Positions 36,215-50,436 of a DNA stretch of 64,000 nt are shown here, piece after piece. Location of the stretch: assembly GCA_963575745.1 (NCBI GenBank), contig CAUYUJ010000192.1:62001-126000 (forward strand), read 5' to 3'. How positions within the stretch are numbered: the first letter of the stretch is position 1; each line of letters starts with the position of its first letter. Position numbers and translations under genes: made by a program. The notes beneath the pieces were generated by a model. It had not been told where the DNA came from, made no database searches, and saw nothing but the letters and a program-made list of their open reading frames with translations. Origin of the DNA: Prorocentrum cordatum (Eukaryota).

Positions 36215-39200
36215 TTATACCAACAGATCCCGTTGGTGGACTGTAGGAAAGGGGTGGTGGGTTGGGTGGATTGCAACGACCTTGGGCCTACAGCGTTGTT
36301 TCAACCATTTGGGCATCTGAATGTTGGCATGACCTTGATTCTTGCACCAGGGGGCAACAGGGGGAACAGGGGCAGCGAGGAGGCAATTGGAGGTGGTTGC
36401 GAGGGCCTGCTGGAGGACCTGTAAACTCGTAATGGCCCTGACTCTCCTACGCTCATCTTTGGTCTCCTCATCCTCCTGGGGGAACTGATCCTTGTGTCTG
36501 GATGGCTGCGAGGGGTCACAGATCGAGGCGGTCCGAATGTCTCCTCCCTGAGTCTGGCGCACGAGCGGGAGGGAAACTTTTCGGCGACGGGCAGCACAGC
36601 TGGCGATCTGATCTACCTGCTCGTTCACATAGAGCGCCCAGGGCGGCTCCTTGGCCGCCTCCTCCGTCGGGTGGCGTTTGACCTTCTGGAAAATGAGCTT
36701 GGAAGCGCGGGCGGAGGCATACGTCCCGAACTTTTTACAAGCCTGCGGGTTTCGTGAATGTCGGGCTTTGGATCCGTTCGGAAAACCTTTGATGACATAG
36801 AGGCAGCCCGTGGCAACGACCACGGGTCCGTCGGTGGCTTGGAGAAGGCGAACAACTGCGGCTATCTCGGCAAGAGGAACTAATTGGTGGCCCCAACCCC
36901 TTCCAGAGAGTGAGCCAAGAAACTGCATCGAGGTGGTCCAGAGGGCGTCCCCCCAACCGCGTATACAAAGACGGGCATCCATGGTGTGGTCCCCTCCGCT
37001 CCCGTCGGTGGCCCCGATGAGGATGTGATCGGAACTGTACTTATGATGCTGCTGGAAGGCTTCTGGTTTGATGATACCATCGTCTAGGGACATGATATGC
37101 TTGTGAACCTTCAGGAGGGCCCATTTTGCTGGAACGGTCCCACGAAGCCAGAGACACGCATGTTGGGGGCACTCCCGGATTGCCTGGGGGACGGACTCCT
37201 GAGTGTTCTGGGTGGCCTCCAGACCTAGCGAGGGGGGCTCGGGGCATGTCCAAAACTTGTAGAGGTCATCTGCGCTCGGCTGGCCGCAGAGTAGACAGTC
37301 GGCTCGATATTGGAGCCCCGCTTCGAAACGTCGTGCCTCACTCCAGCACTTGGAACAGGCCACTGCGGCCATGGCGGAGGGGTAGGAGGCGAGGCTGGGA
37401 GGTACTCCTCATTTGTGGCCCTGTGGTCCCTGTTGGGCTCCTCCTCCTCCAGCTTCCTATGTTACCTGATGGCTGCTGCCATCCTGCTTGGGTACAAACG
37501 GGTTGATGTGATGTCTCTTCCTTCCTCCGGTCCTGCTGAGCTGTGACTCCTGGGGTAGGCGAGGCTCCAGAGGCGCATGGGGAGGAGGACAGGAACTCCA
37601 TGTGAAAAAGGAGGAGCTGCTGCTGGTCCCAACTGAGCGGCTTCACCTTGAAAGCCTGGCCTGTGGGATCCGACCACTGCCAGGCAGAGGTGGGCCCCCA
37701 GCCTACGTCGAACAGCGTGGCGATGACCGCCGACAGGTGCGACTTCACGCGGGCCCAACGCTACTGCGAGCGAAGCCTGTCTCTGAGTCGGGCCCAGGCT
37801 CTCTGGATACCTCCCAGGAGTCCGGGCTCGTTGTTGGTAAATCTGAACCAGGTCTGGAAAAGTTCGTCCTTAAAAAGATGGCGGTGCCGATTTCTACGGG
37901 CTCTGAGGGCGTGGAGTCTTGTGGCGAGGCAAGCTCCTGACTTCGAGACTCCAAAGGCGGCTGCGGTCTGGCGGCGTAGAACAAATCACTTCTGATGGCG
38001 AGGCCCCGTGACCTTGCGCTCCCCAGGGAATCTGAGGCTGCGCCGCCGTGCGATAGAGAGACCGAGCCTTGCTCCTAGTCCTGGCCAGCTTCCTGATGTT
38101 ACCGGCCCAGATGAGCCTCAGGGTACGGCGTTTCTTAAGGACTCTGAGGGCTCGACGGCGCCCCGCGGAGGCGTTAATTCCGAGGTCCTTGGTGTGGCGG
38201 AGGGGCTTGATGTGGATCCGCTGGCCCAATAGGGCCCCCGCGACTGCCCTGCTGAGGTCTAGGTGGCTGGCCAAAGCGACTGGCTCCTCTGAAAGACGGA
38301 ATCCCGATTCGGCGAGTCCTTGGCAGAGGCCCGCGATGCAATTGAGGAAGGTCTTTTTCGAGATTTCGGGGCTGCCGGCCAGACGGACCCTGATGCCATC
38401 CACCCAAGTTCTGATGGTGGGTCCTGGGAATTGGTCATGGGCTCTCTCCAGTACCTCGTAGAGTAGGGCCCTGGTCCATGGTACACTTTGTCTGCGTCTT
38501 TGAAGTGCAGACGTGAGCGGTGTGAGGGGTTCGCTGACCCCAATGGGCGCGGCGAGGACCCTGACGGCGGTGTGGACCAGGACCCCCAGGGAGAGCTGGA
38601 CCACAGGGTAGCCTAGCTTCAGGGCCTGCTGGGAGAGCTTCTTTATATATATGGTGTCGGAAAACTCTTCGAGGTCGAGCACTCCCTCGAAGATGGAGAC
38701 TTGCAGGGCCCCGCCGATCTCAGCGAAAACCTCGCTGGTCACAGCTGCCTGAAGACAATTACTACCTTCGATGGCTGCATCTCAGAACCCAGCCCGAGCT
38801 TCTTCCCAGGATGAGATCTGGCCTTTGAAGAGCCTCATGATGACCCGATATGGCGCATTGGTGAGAGTGACGGGCGTGTCGCTGACCTCGGTCTTGGGCT
38901 TCACGGCCACGAGGTTGACTAAGCATTGAGCTGGGAATTGCTGCGGCCTACAGATATCATCAATCATATCGGTTAGGATCACCAACCCTGGTTCTGGTCG
39001 CTGGCGAAGATCTGCTGCTCGCCACTGGTCGGCGCCAGGCGCTGACCTGGCAGGAAAGCCTTAAGGGCGGCGGAGACCTGCGAGGTGGAGAAACACTGGT
39101 CTTGGTCGCATTAGTCCCGTGCCTATTCCCTAAGCTCTCGGATCCACTGGGCCTCGGGGAAATCTCCAATTAGTTTCCCTTTGGGTCCCAGAACTTAATC
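36215..39200 (-). mobile_element. 5'-truncated degenerate LINE: RT, zinc motif, C-terminal RNase H
   Basis: RT 'LVAVKPK...PVTL...PYR', 'LDLEEFSDTI', 'TWVDGI', 'TKDLGI'. Zinc motif 'CLLCG...FWTCP'. RNase H 'ATDGSGG...VPLAEIAAV...FQKVKRH...NEQVDQIA'. Confidence 0.8.
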
Positions 39201-40225
39201 CAATTGCCGCTCTTGTGACCTAGGACCGGTGTGGCGTCAGAAACTAGGTTGCCATTTCCATCTATGAAGATATTGTTGTCCTCCTCGGGGGTGGGATTTG
39301 GGATCTTCGTGATGTATCCTCCTCCTTCCTCCTCCTCCTCCTCCTCCTCCTCCTCCTCCTCCTCCTCCTCCTCCTCCTCCTCCTCCTCCTCCTCCTCCTC
39401 TCCTGCTCCTCCTCCTCCTCCTCCTCCTCCTCCTCCTCCTCCTCCTCCTCCCCCTTTTCCTTTTCATCCTCCTCCTCCTTTCCCTCCTCCTCCTCCTGCG
39501 TCTCCTCCTCTTCCCTTCCTCCTTCTCCTCCTCTGCCGCCTCCTCCTCATTCCCCTCCTCCAAGATGTCGCGGGATCTTTTGGACGCCGTTCTTGGCCGT
39601 GGCCCATGCTTCCAAAGGGGGAAAGAAACACACACCGACCCCGATAGTCCGGGGAGGAAAAGGTACCCATCCCGCTACCCTGCGTTCGCTTTCGCCCTTT
39701 GGTGGCCTCCTGGGGGGGTCCCGTCGCCACCGCTGGCTTCGCCCTCGAGATTCTGAACAGAGCGCGCGCCCGTGAGAGCGGGGGGGTTATGAGACGCCCC
39801 GCCTCCTCTCAGAAGGCCTCCGCCTTCTCACTTCCCACCCTCGCTCGCCGCCGAATGGCGGGGGACATCTTCTCTGCACAGAGATCCGACGCTCCGCAGA
39901 AATTGGAGCGGCCGGTTTCTGGTTGTTTTCGCCCTCTGAGGGCTTTCGCCGGGCCCAACAACTCGGCGCGGAAAACCGGCCCGAGGGAACTGGTCCCGAG
40001 CGGGGTGCATTTTCTCCGTGCGCAGTCCGCGGAGGAAAGGTACCCATACCGTTTTTTGTCTTCTTGGGCATCCTGGGAGGCCCTTGTCGCCACCGCTGTA
40101 CTCGCCGCGCAATGCCCGTCAGCAGAGCGCACCCCATCAGAGGTCCAGGGAGTAGCGGTCTCGGTATTCTTTGAGTTTCCTTGCAGCGGTGTGCATCTTC
40201 TCTTCGCGCAGGACGCCACAGATTC

Positions 40226-40384
40226 TAGGGGTCGAAGGATCGCGCCGCATCGCCAATGCTGCATCGATGCGGCTCGATATGGAGCCCGATTTTCCCGCGC
40301 TGGCTGGCGTCGCCGATGCATCGCCCACATGGTCAATGTATCGCCGATGCATCGGCGATGCGGCGCGATCCTCCGACACAGTAT
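40226..40384. mobile_element. Palindromic element rich in catcgccgatgcatcggcgatg; related copy at ~56464-56632
   Basis: gtcgaaggatcgcgccgcatcgcc...ggcgatgcggcgcgatcctccgac inverted arms in both copies. Confidence 0.6.
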
Positions 40385-41834
40385 ACTCGTACCCCATATG
40401 GAGGTATCTTTGGCCAATCAGCATCCCCGTTTTCAGTAACAATTCATGGGGGTCTCGTATGTCCTCGGGATTCCGTCTCTAGAGTGTACCCGCGTGCTCC
40501 AGCGTGTGGTAGTCCATGAGCCAGTGCTTCTTTTAGGCGTCGATCCGCGACGGTCCAGCGACGAGATCCGAGACGATCGGTGCAGGCCGCCCAAACCCAA
40601 CGATATCCCGCAGAAGTTGGAGCGGCCGGTCTTTGCCGCTTTCTGTTTCTGGGAGCCTTCAACGGGACCCCCGGAGGCGATTTCGCCCGCTGCGAGCTTG
40701 TTTTTCCTGGAAAGGGCTCCGGCCCAGGGTTCTCTTTTAGAAGGTTTCCCCCCTGGCCCCGACGGCTGTAGGGCCGGCGGAATTGTTTTGCGATGAGTTA
40801 CGAGGTAAAGTGTGAATTTTGAGTTGAACAAGTACGTTTTTCGCGTGCCCGGTCGAGGAACGTTCGCCCCCCATCTCGGATCATCGATAAATATCGGGGT
40901 CCTTAGACCACCGTTTTCCTTAGTAAAAAGAGGGTGCTGGCGCGTCCCGTGGCGAGTCCCCCTGGCACGTCGCGCGGCGCGTCCTTTGGCACGTCCCGTG
41001 GCACATCCATTGGCACGTTCCGTAACGCGTCCCCTTGGCACGTCCCGCGGTGCGTCCTCATGGCACGTCCTTTGGCACGTCGCCTGGCGCGTCCCTTGGA
41101 ACGTTCCGCGGCGCGTCCTCCTAGCATGTCCCCTTGTCAATTAGCTGTGGGGCAGCTACTATGTGCTCAGACAGCTCGAGCTGAAGATCCATATCAGTTC
41201 GGTCAGGGTTTGGATGCAAAGAGGACTCGATCCACAACGCTATAGAGCACAATCGCGGCATGGCACATCGCAATTCAGCACGTCGCAGCTCAGCACAGCC
41301 CTCGGCACGGTACATCAAGATCGATAAATTCCGCATTGCAACCTGGCACGTTCCGTGGCGCGTCCCGTGGCGAGTCTCCCTGGCACGTCGCGCGGCGCGT
41401 CCTTTGGCACGTCCCGTGGCACATCCATTGGCACGTTCCGTAACGCGGCCCCTTGGCACGTCCCGCGGTGCGTCCTCATGGCACGTCCTTTGGCACGTCG
41501 CCTGGCGCGTCCCTTGGAACGTTCCGCGGCGCGTCCTCCTAGCATGTCCCTTTGTCAATTAGCTGTGGGGCAGCTACTGTGTGCTCAGGCAGCTCGAGCT
41601 GAAGATCCAGATCAGTTCGGTCAGGACTCGGATGCAAAGGAGGACCCGATCCAGAACACTATAGAGCACAATCGCGGCATGGCACATCGTAATTCAGCAC
41701 GGCGCAGCACAGCACAGCCATCGGCACGGTACATCAAGATCGATGCATTCAGCATTGCAGTTGCCCGTCGTCCAACCAGGTGTCTTTGAAGCGTTGCCAT
41801 GCCTTAGATTTCTGTATTCTTTTGCGGGTTCGTG

Positions 41835-42025
41835 AGTCGATCATGTTCTTCAGATCCAGGCAAGTGTATTCGCATGGTGTTCGCCACCCCCTCCCCTCGC
41901 CCCTCTTCATTCGAATACGAGCGTGCAAGTGCCAGTCGACTTGCGTGATTTCCGCACGTCAAGTTGTATTCGGCGTGCTTCAGGCTCAGGCCCCCCCCGT
42001 CCATGCAAGTAAACTTGCTTGAATC
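41835..42025. repeat. Dispersed repeat; second copy at ~62075-62270
   Basis: Shared catgttcttcagatccaggc...cgagcgtgcaagtgcc...ccgtccatgcaagtaaacttgc. Confidence 0.75.
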
Positions 42026-42262
42026 TTAAGAAGAAAAACCTCTCGCTCCTTGCTCCGCCGCCGAGCGGTGCTGTCCGTGCTGTACCAGCCTGAAACCTAC
42101 CCTTAATTATGCTCGGCATCGTCTTATCTCGATGTTGATCTTGGGCCTGTCATTCTTGGGGGCAGGGATACGTACGACGCTGGTCAGTGCTGCCCATTGC
42201 GCCACTCAGCTCTCGGATCCTCCCACTGCCCTTCCCCCAACCCCCCATCCCCCCCCCGCCCC

Positions 42263-42278
42263 CCGCAGCCATTTCGGC
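42263..42278 (+). other. Possible relict dinoflagellate spliced leader
   Basis: ccgcagccatttcggc versus DinoSL core CCGTAGCCATTTTGGC (14/16 identical); the terminal TCAAG is absent. Confidence 0.35.
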
Positions 42279-43221
42279 CATCGGCCTCCCTGCAAGGAGA
42301 CCTCGGTCTTGATCGCTTCGCGAGGACGCCTCTGGCGGCGGCGGCTGCTGGTGGCTGTCGGGCCCCTCTTCAGGCAGTGTCGGGCCATCGGGCGGCCCTG
42401 GGCCGTCTCGCCGGCCATCTTGGGGGGCCCCCTGCATCGGGTGTGGAGGGGGGGGGTGGTCGGCACACGCAGCAGGGTGCGATCGGGAGAGGGTGGCGGA
42501 CAAGGATCGACCACAACGCCGTCTGGCTTGGTTTTGGCCTTTGTGGTGTGCTTTCCGTTCCGTTGTTCGTTGTTGTGTTATTTCGTTATTTCGTTTCTGT
42601 TGTCAGCGCCTCGTTTCGTTAGTCCTTTTGTCTGGGATCAGTTTTCAATGTCCGTTTTACGCGCTAGGTGCCGTTTCGTTGTTCGTTCTGAGCGCCATGC
42701 CGTTTTAAAACATCGGGTTGTTGTGGGTCCTCGGCGGCGGAGCATCCGAGGCTGGGATGAACATACTCCGAGAGAGCGCGCTCTGTGTGTACGTCGGGAA
42801 GGGGGGAGGGGGTCGACCTGCCCCCCCCCCTCTGCCCCCCCTCCCCCCCCCTTTCTCGTCTGGTGCCCACGCGCCAGATCCACGGATCCGTGAAATTCTT
42901 TGGGCCGGCGGGTATCATCGACCTCGGCCCTCAGTGGCCGTGTTCGGGCCCTGGGACCAGCCAAAACGGTGCCAGGGAGGAAGCGTTGCCCCCGCGGAAG
43001 CGGTGTGATTGGGGCTTCTGGTCGCCGACGCACTCACCCGGGTCAGCAAAAAACAGGGTCGGCCAGGGCCTTGCGCTAAGCCCAGCTGGCCGCTCAGTAG
43101 TTTCCAGACCCTGGCCAGCCGAGGGCGGAAAGCGGGAATGGACCCCACGAGTCTCCCGAGGGGATTGGTTGACCTCCTTATTAGTGTTGCCACCCGTTCT
43201 GTGAGCCCCGATTATTGGAAA

Positions 43222-43285
43222 CCCACACACAGACGCACGCACACACGCACGCACGCACACACAGACACACACACACAAACACACA

Positions 43286-43316
<31 letters not shown>

Positions 43317-43650
43317 GCACACGCACACGTACATGCACACACATACATTCACACACATATTCACACATTCACACACTCACACTCACACACAAACACTCAC
43401 ACACACAAACACACACGCGCACACACTCACTTGCACACTCACACTCTCACACACACACGCACACACGCACACACACACACACACGCTCACACACACACAC
43501 GCACACACACACTCACACACTCAGACACTCACACAATCACACAATCTCACAATCACACAATCTCACCATCTCACAGTCCCACAATCTCATCTCACAATCT
43601 CAGAACAGAATCTGAAGATCTCCCAGTCTCACAGTCTCACACTCACACAC
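43222..43650. repeat. (CA)n-rich microsatellite
   Basis: Seen directly; others at ~18540-18730 and ~23800-23900. Confidence 0.95.
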
Positions 43651-46600
43651 ATCAGCGGTTGTCTGGGTGCGGAGGCAGGAGGCTTCCCACGCGGGCCACT
43701 CCCAGAGAGTCCCCGAGCTCGCCCGGCCAGGTCGCCGTGGAGTTCTCGAAGCTCTTGGGCGCGTTCGCTGTTTGGCCCCCCTGCGCCCGGCCGTCTTTTC
43801 TCGCGGCGATGAGCTCAGGGGCAGCGTTATTCAAGGGGGGGAAGTGCTGAGGACCCAGACCCCCTCGAGTAGAAACCGCTGCGGGAGGTATTTCCCGGAA
43901 AGGGCGGGGACCCAGGGTTCTGTTTTAGTCGTTTACCCATGGAATCGACGGCTCTAGGGCCAGCGAAATTATTTACGATAAATAACGAGGTCGTCTAGGG
44001 CCGGCGAAATTATGTTTGAGAATTGTCTCGAGCGAAACGTTTGTTGTTCAGAAATTGTTGAGGATGTCTCGAGCGAAACGCTTGTTGTGTGTTCTAGATT
44101 GTCCTCTCCTGGGGACCAGAATTCAGAGGATCTCTCAAGTGAAATGGTTGTTTTCACGTGCTCAGGATGTCTCGAGCGAGACGCTTGGTTTCACGCCTCC
44201 AGGTTGCCCAGACAGATGTCTAGCATGATGATTTGTTGAGGATGTCTCGAACCAGAGGCTTGTTTTCACGTACCCAGGTCGCCCAGGCGGATGTCTAGCA
44301 TGAGGATGTATCGAGGAAGTCTCGATCGAGATGCTTGTATGCACGTGTCCAGGTTGCCCAGGCGGATGCCTAGCATGAGGATGTGTTGAGAATGTCTCGA
44401 GAGATACACTTGTTTTCACGTGTCCAGGTCGCCCAGGCACTCAGCATTGCAACTTGGCACGTTCCCTGGCAGGTTCCGTGGCGCGTCCTGTGGCGAGTCC
44501 CCTTGGCACGTCGCGCGGCGCGTCGTCCATTGACACGTTCCGTAGCGCGTCCCCTTGGCACGTCTCGCGGTACGTGCCCATGGCACGTCCCCAGGTACGT
44601 CGCCTGGCGCGTCCCTTGGGACGTTCCGCGGCGCGTCCTCCTGGCATGTCCCCCTGTCGATTAGTTATGGGACAGCTACCACCTGCTCAGGCAGCTCGAG
44701 CTTAAGATCCAGATCAGGACTCGGATGCCAGGGAGGACTCGATCCACAACGCTATATAGAGCACAATCGCGGCATGGCACATCGCAGTTCAGCACGGCCC
44801 AGCACAGCACAGCCCTCGGCACGGTACATCAAGATCGATACATTCAACATTGCACCTTGGCACGTTCCCTGGGGCGTTCCGTGGCGAGTCCCCCTGGCAC
44901 GTCGCGCGGCGCGTCGTCCATTGACACGTTCCGTAGCGCGTCCCCTTGGCACGTCCCGCGGTGCGTCCCCATGGCACACGTCCCTTGGCACGTCGCCTGG
45001 CGCGTCCCTTGGGACGTTTTGCGGCGCGTCCTCCTGGCATGTCTCCTCTGTCGATTAGTTATGGAGCAGCTACCATCTGCTCAGGCAGCTCGAGCTTAAG
45101 ATCCAGATCAGTTCAGTCAGGACTCGGATGCCAGGGAGGACTCGATCCACAACGCTATATGGAGCACAATCGCGGCATGGCACATCACAATTCAGCACGT
45201 CGTAGCATAGCACAACCCTCGGCACAGTACATCAAGATCGATACATTCAGCATTGCATTTGCCCGTCGCCCAATCAGGTATCTTTGAAACGTTGCCATGC
45301 CTTACATGTCTATATTCAGTTTCCGGGTTCGTTGGCCGATCATGTGCAGAATGTGTTGAGGATGTCTCGAGCGAAACGCTTGTTTTGTGGTATATGTTGT
45401 CCTCTCTTGGGGCCAAACATCAGAAGATGTTTCAAGTGAAATGCTGGTTTTCACGTGCCCAGGTCTTGAGGATGTCTCGAGCGAGACGCATCGTTTCACG
45501 CCTCCAGGTTGCCCAGGCAGAGGTCTAGCGCCAGGATGTGTTGAGGATGGCTCGAGCGAGACGCTTGGTTTCACGCGTCCTCGTCGCCCAGGCGGATGTG
45601 GATGTGTTGAGGAAGTCTCGATCGAGATGCTTGTTTGCACGTGTCCAGGTTGCCCAGGCGGATGTCTAGCATGAGGATGTGTTGAGAATGTCTCGAGATA
45701 TACGCTTGTTTTCCCGTGTCCAGGTCGCCCAGGCATTCAGCATTGCAACTCGGCACGTTCCCTGGCACGTTCCGTGGCGCGTCCTGTGGCGAGTCCCCCT
45801 GGCACGTCGCGTGGCGCGTCCCCTGGCACGTCCTCTGGCACGTCCATTGGCACGTCCCGTAGCGCGTCCCCTGGGAACGTCCCGCGGTGCGTCCCCATGG
45901 CACGTCCCCTGGCACGTCGCCTGGCGCGTCCCTTGAGACGTTCCGCGGCGCGTCCTCCTGGCATGCCCCCCTGCCCTGTCAATTAGCTCTGGGGCAGCTA
46001 CTATGTGTTCAGGCAGCTCGAGCTTCAGGTCCAGACCAGTTCGGTCAGGACTCGGATGCAAGGGAGGACTCGATCCACGACGCTATAGAGCACAATCGCG
46101 GCATGGCACATCGCAATTCAGCACGGTGCAGCACAGCACAGCCCTCTGCCCGGTACATCAAGATCGATACATTCAACATTGCAACCTGGCACGTTCCCTG
46201 GCACGTTCCGTGGCGCGTCCTGTGGCGAGTCCCCCTGGCACGTCGCGTGGCGCGTCCCCTGGCACGTCCTCTGGCACGTCCATTGGCATGTTCCGTAGCG
46301 CGTTCCCTTGAAGGCACGTCCCGCGGTGCGTCCCCATGGCACGTCCCCTGGCACGTCGCCTGGCGCGTCCCTTGGGACGTTTCGCGGCGCGTCCTCTTGG
46401 CATGTCCCCCTGTCAATGAGCTCTGGAGCAGCTACTATGTGTTCAGGCAGCTCGAGCTTCAGATCCAGATCAGTTCGGTCAGGACTCGGATGCAAAGGAG
46501 GACTCGATCAACGACGCCATAGAGCACACTCGCGGCATGGCACATCTCAATTTAGCACGGGGCAGCACAGCACAGCCCTCGGCAGGGTACATCAAGATCG

Positions 46601-49600
46601 ATACACTCAGCATTGCATTTGCCCGTCACCCAATCAGGTGTCTTTGAAAACGTTGCCATGCGTTACATTTCTATATTCCTTTCCGAGTTCGTGGGTCGAT
46701 CATGTTGACAATTTTCGGCTTCTGGGATCCCTTACTGGGCCTCGGGGCCGCTAAAAACGAGTCAGGGGGGCGGTCGGCTCAGACGGGGACGCATCGGCCC
46801 TCAAGCTCCAACTGAACGCCGGAAGGGGCCTGATAGCCCACCCCGCCCAGGAACGCACGATTGTGCTATCGGGGATTCATCGCCGATCTGTCGGCTTTGA
46901 ATCGCTGGTTCGAGATCAATGCGTCCCCCGTGAGCTGGACCCCCCTCGCGTTCCCCCCAGAGGAGTGGGCGGGCGAGCCCGCGGCTGTCGCCACGGGGGC
47001 CCTGCGATGATGTCTGGTCCCGCCCGATGGGTTGCAGCCGTCGCCGCCGCCGGGTTATGCTCGAGGCTGTAGTCGCAAGATGGTGTCCGGGAAGTGTCCG
47101 TGGGGCTGCGTTGGGCACGCGCGCGGGGAAGGTTCGAAAAATCAAGGGCAGCAGCGTGGAATGGGGATTCCCCGCTACAATGTCCCGGCGGAGAACCGCG
47201 TCCTCCTCATCGTCTTTCTCCTCCTCCTCGTCCTCCTCGTCCTCTTCCTCCTCGCCATCCTGCTCCTCATCGTCCTCCTCGTCCTTCTCCTCGTCCTCCT
47301 CCTCCTCGTCCTCCTCCTCGGCGCTGGCGTGTTTCAAACAGTCACGCCCTCCCCCGCGCCAGGAGGACGTGTTTGGGGGAGATAGGTGCTCAGCCGGGCA
47401 CGCACGGCGACCCCCCGAGCGCCCCCATGGCCAGCGCGCGCGGACCAGGTGCCCGAGAGAAAGCCCACCCCGCCCAAGAAAACGTCGGATTATTCTTCTA
47501 GTAGGGGGTCGGCTACAGAATGGATTGACCCCGGGATTTGACTTGGCCGTCGAGTCCATGACAGGTTGGCAGAGTGCTCGTAGATAACCGAACTTGCTAC
47601 GTAGGGCTCGACGAGAATATCCATTTTGTTGCGATTCTTCTGGTGGGGGATCGGCTGCAGAAATGACTGACCCCAGGATTGATTTGTTCATCGGGTCCAC
47701 GACAAGCTCGCAGAGTGCTCGTAGCTCTACGAACGTGCTACGTAGGACTCGATGAGAACATCAAACTTTCCCGAAAGGGCGGGGGCCCAGGGTTCTCTTT
47801 TAGTTGGTTTACCTCCGGTTTCGACGGCTCTAGGGCCGGCGAAATTACTTGCGATAAATAACGAGGTAGTCTAGGGCCGGCGGAATTATTGTTGAGGATG
47901 TCTCGAGCGAAACGCGTGTTTTCAGAAATTGTTGAGGACGTCTCGAGCGAATCGCTTGTCATGTGTTATAGTTTGTCCTCTCCTGGGGGCCAAAATTCAG
48001 AGGATCTCTCAAGTGAAATGCTGGTTTTCACGTGCCCAGGTCTTGAGGATGTCTCGAGCGAGACGCATGGTTTCACGCCTCCAGGTTGCCCAGGCAGAGG
48101 TCTAGCGCCATGATTTGCTGAGGATGTCTCGAGCGAGTCGCTTGGTTTCACCGGTCCTCGTCGCCCAGGCGAATGTCTAGCATGAGAATGTGTTGAGGAA
48201 GTCTCGATCGAGATGCTTGTTTGCACGTGTCCAGGTTGCCCAGGCGGATGCCTAGAATGAGGATGTGTTGAGAATGCCTCGAGAGATACGCTTGTTTTCA
48301 GGTCGTCCAGGCACTCAGCATTGCAACCTGGCACGTTCCCAGGCACGTTCCGTGGCGCGTCCCTTGGCGAGTCCCCCTGGCACGACGCGTGGCGCGTCCC
48401 CTGGCACATCCCGTGGCACATCCATTGGCACGTTCCGTAGCGCGTCCCATTGAAGGCACGTCCCGCGGTGCGTCCCCAAGGCACGTCCCCTGGCACGTCG
48501 CTTGGCGCGTCCCATGGGACGTTCCGCGGCGCGTCCTCCTGGCATGTCCCCCTGTCAATTAGCTCTGGGGCAGCTGCTATGTGCTGAGGCAGCTCGAGCT
48601 TCAGGTCCAGATCAATTCGGTCAGGACTCGGATGCAGAGGAGGACTCGATCCACAACGCTATAGAGCACAATCGCGGAATGGCACATCGCAATTCAGCAC
48701 GGCGCAGCACAGCACAGCCCTCGGCGCGGTACATGAAGATCGATACACTCAGCATTGCAACATGGCATGTTCCTTGGCACGTTCCGTGGGGCGTCATGTG
48801 GCGAGTCCCCCTGGCACGTCGCGTGGCGCGTCCCCTGGGACGTCCTGTGGCACGTCCATTGGCACGTTCCGTAGCACGTCCCCTTGAAGGCACATCCCGC
48901 GGTGCGTCCCCATGGCACATCCCGTGGCATGTCGCTTGGCGCGTCCCTTGGGACGTTCCGCGGCGCGTCCTCCTGGCATGCCCCCCTGTCAACTAGCTCT
49001 GGAGCAGCTACTATGTGTTCGGGCAGCTCGTGCTTAAGGTCCAGATCAGTTCGGTCAGGACTCGGATGCAAAGGAGGACTCGAATCACGACGCTATATAG
49101 CAGAATCGTGGCATGGCACATCGCAATTCAGCACGGTGCAGCTCGGCACAGCCCTCAGCAGGGTACATCAAGATCGATACACTCAGCATTGCAACCTGGC
49201 ACGTTCCTTGGCACGTTCCGTGGGGCGTCCCTTGGCGAGTCCCCCTGGCACGACGCGTGGCGCGTCCCCTGGCACATCCCGTGGCACATCCATTGGCACG
49301 TTCCGTAGCGCGTCCCATTGAAGGCACGTCCCGCGGTGCGTCCCCATGGCACGTCCCCTGGCACGTCGCCTGGCGCGTCCCTTGGGACGTTTCGCGGCGC
49401 GTCCTCCTGGCATGTTCCCCTTGTCAATTAGCTCTGGGGCAGCTACTATGTGTTCAGGCAGCTCGAGCTTAAGATCCGGATCAGTTCGGTCATGACTGGG
49501 ATGCAAAGGAGGACTCGATCCACGACGCTATAGAGCACAATCACGGCATGGCACATCGCAGTTCAGCACGGCGCAGCACAGCACAGCCCTCGGCACGGTA

Positions 49601-50436
49601 CATCAAGATCGATACATTGAGCATTGCAGTTTTGCGTGTTCCTTGGCACGTTCCGTGGCACGTCCCGTGGCGAGTCCCCCCTGGCACATCGCGCGGCACG
49701 TCCCCTGGGACGTCCTGTGGCACGTCCACTGGCACGTTCTTTAGTGCGTCCCCTCGGCACGTCCCGCGGTGCGTCCCCGTGGGACGTCCCCTGGCACGTC
49801 GCCTGGCGCGTCCCTTGGGACGTTCCTCGGCGCGTCCTCCTGGCATGTCCCCCTTGTCAATTAGTTCTGGGCCAGCTACTACATATGTGCTGAGGCAGCT
49901 CGAGCTTAAGATCCAGATCAGTTCGGTCATGACTGGGATGCAAAGGAGGACTCGATCCACGACGCTGTAGAGCACAACCACGGCATGGCACATCGCAATT
50001 CAGCACGGCGCAGCACAGCACAGCCCTCGGCAGGGTACATCGAGATCGATACACTCAGCATTGCAACTTGACACGTTCCCTGACACGTTCACGTCGCGTG
50101 GCGCGTCCCCTGGCACGTCCATTGGCACGTTCCGTAGCGCGTCCCCTCGGCACGTCCCGCGGTGCGTCCCCGTGGCACGTCCCCTGGCACGTCGCCTGGC
50201 GCGTCCCTTGGGACGTTCCGCGGCGCGTCGTCCTGGCATGTTCTTTTGTCAATTAGCTCTGGGGCAGCTACTATGTGTTCAGGCAGCTCGGGCTTAAGAT
50301 CCAGATCAGTTCGGTCAGGACTCGGATGCAAAGGAGGACTCGATCCACAACGCTATAGAGCACAATCGCGGCATGGCACATCGCAATTCAGCACGGCGTT
50401 GCACAGCACAGCCCTCGGCGCGGTACATCAATATCG

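Noticed and set aside
40935..50430. Many Arg/Ala/Pro-rich ORFs, or a CRISPR-like array, in the satellite
   Set aside because: They are translations of ggcacgtcc sub-repeats open in several frames; there are no variable spacers.
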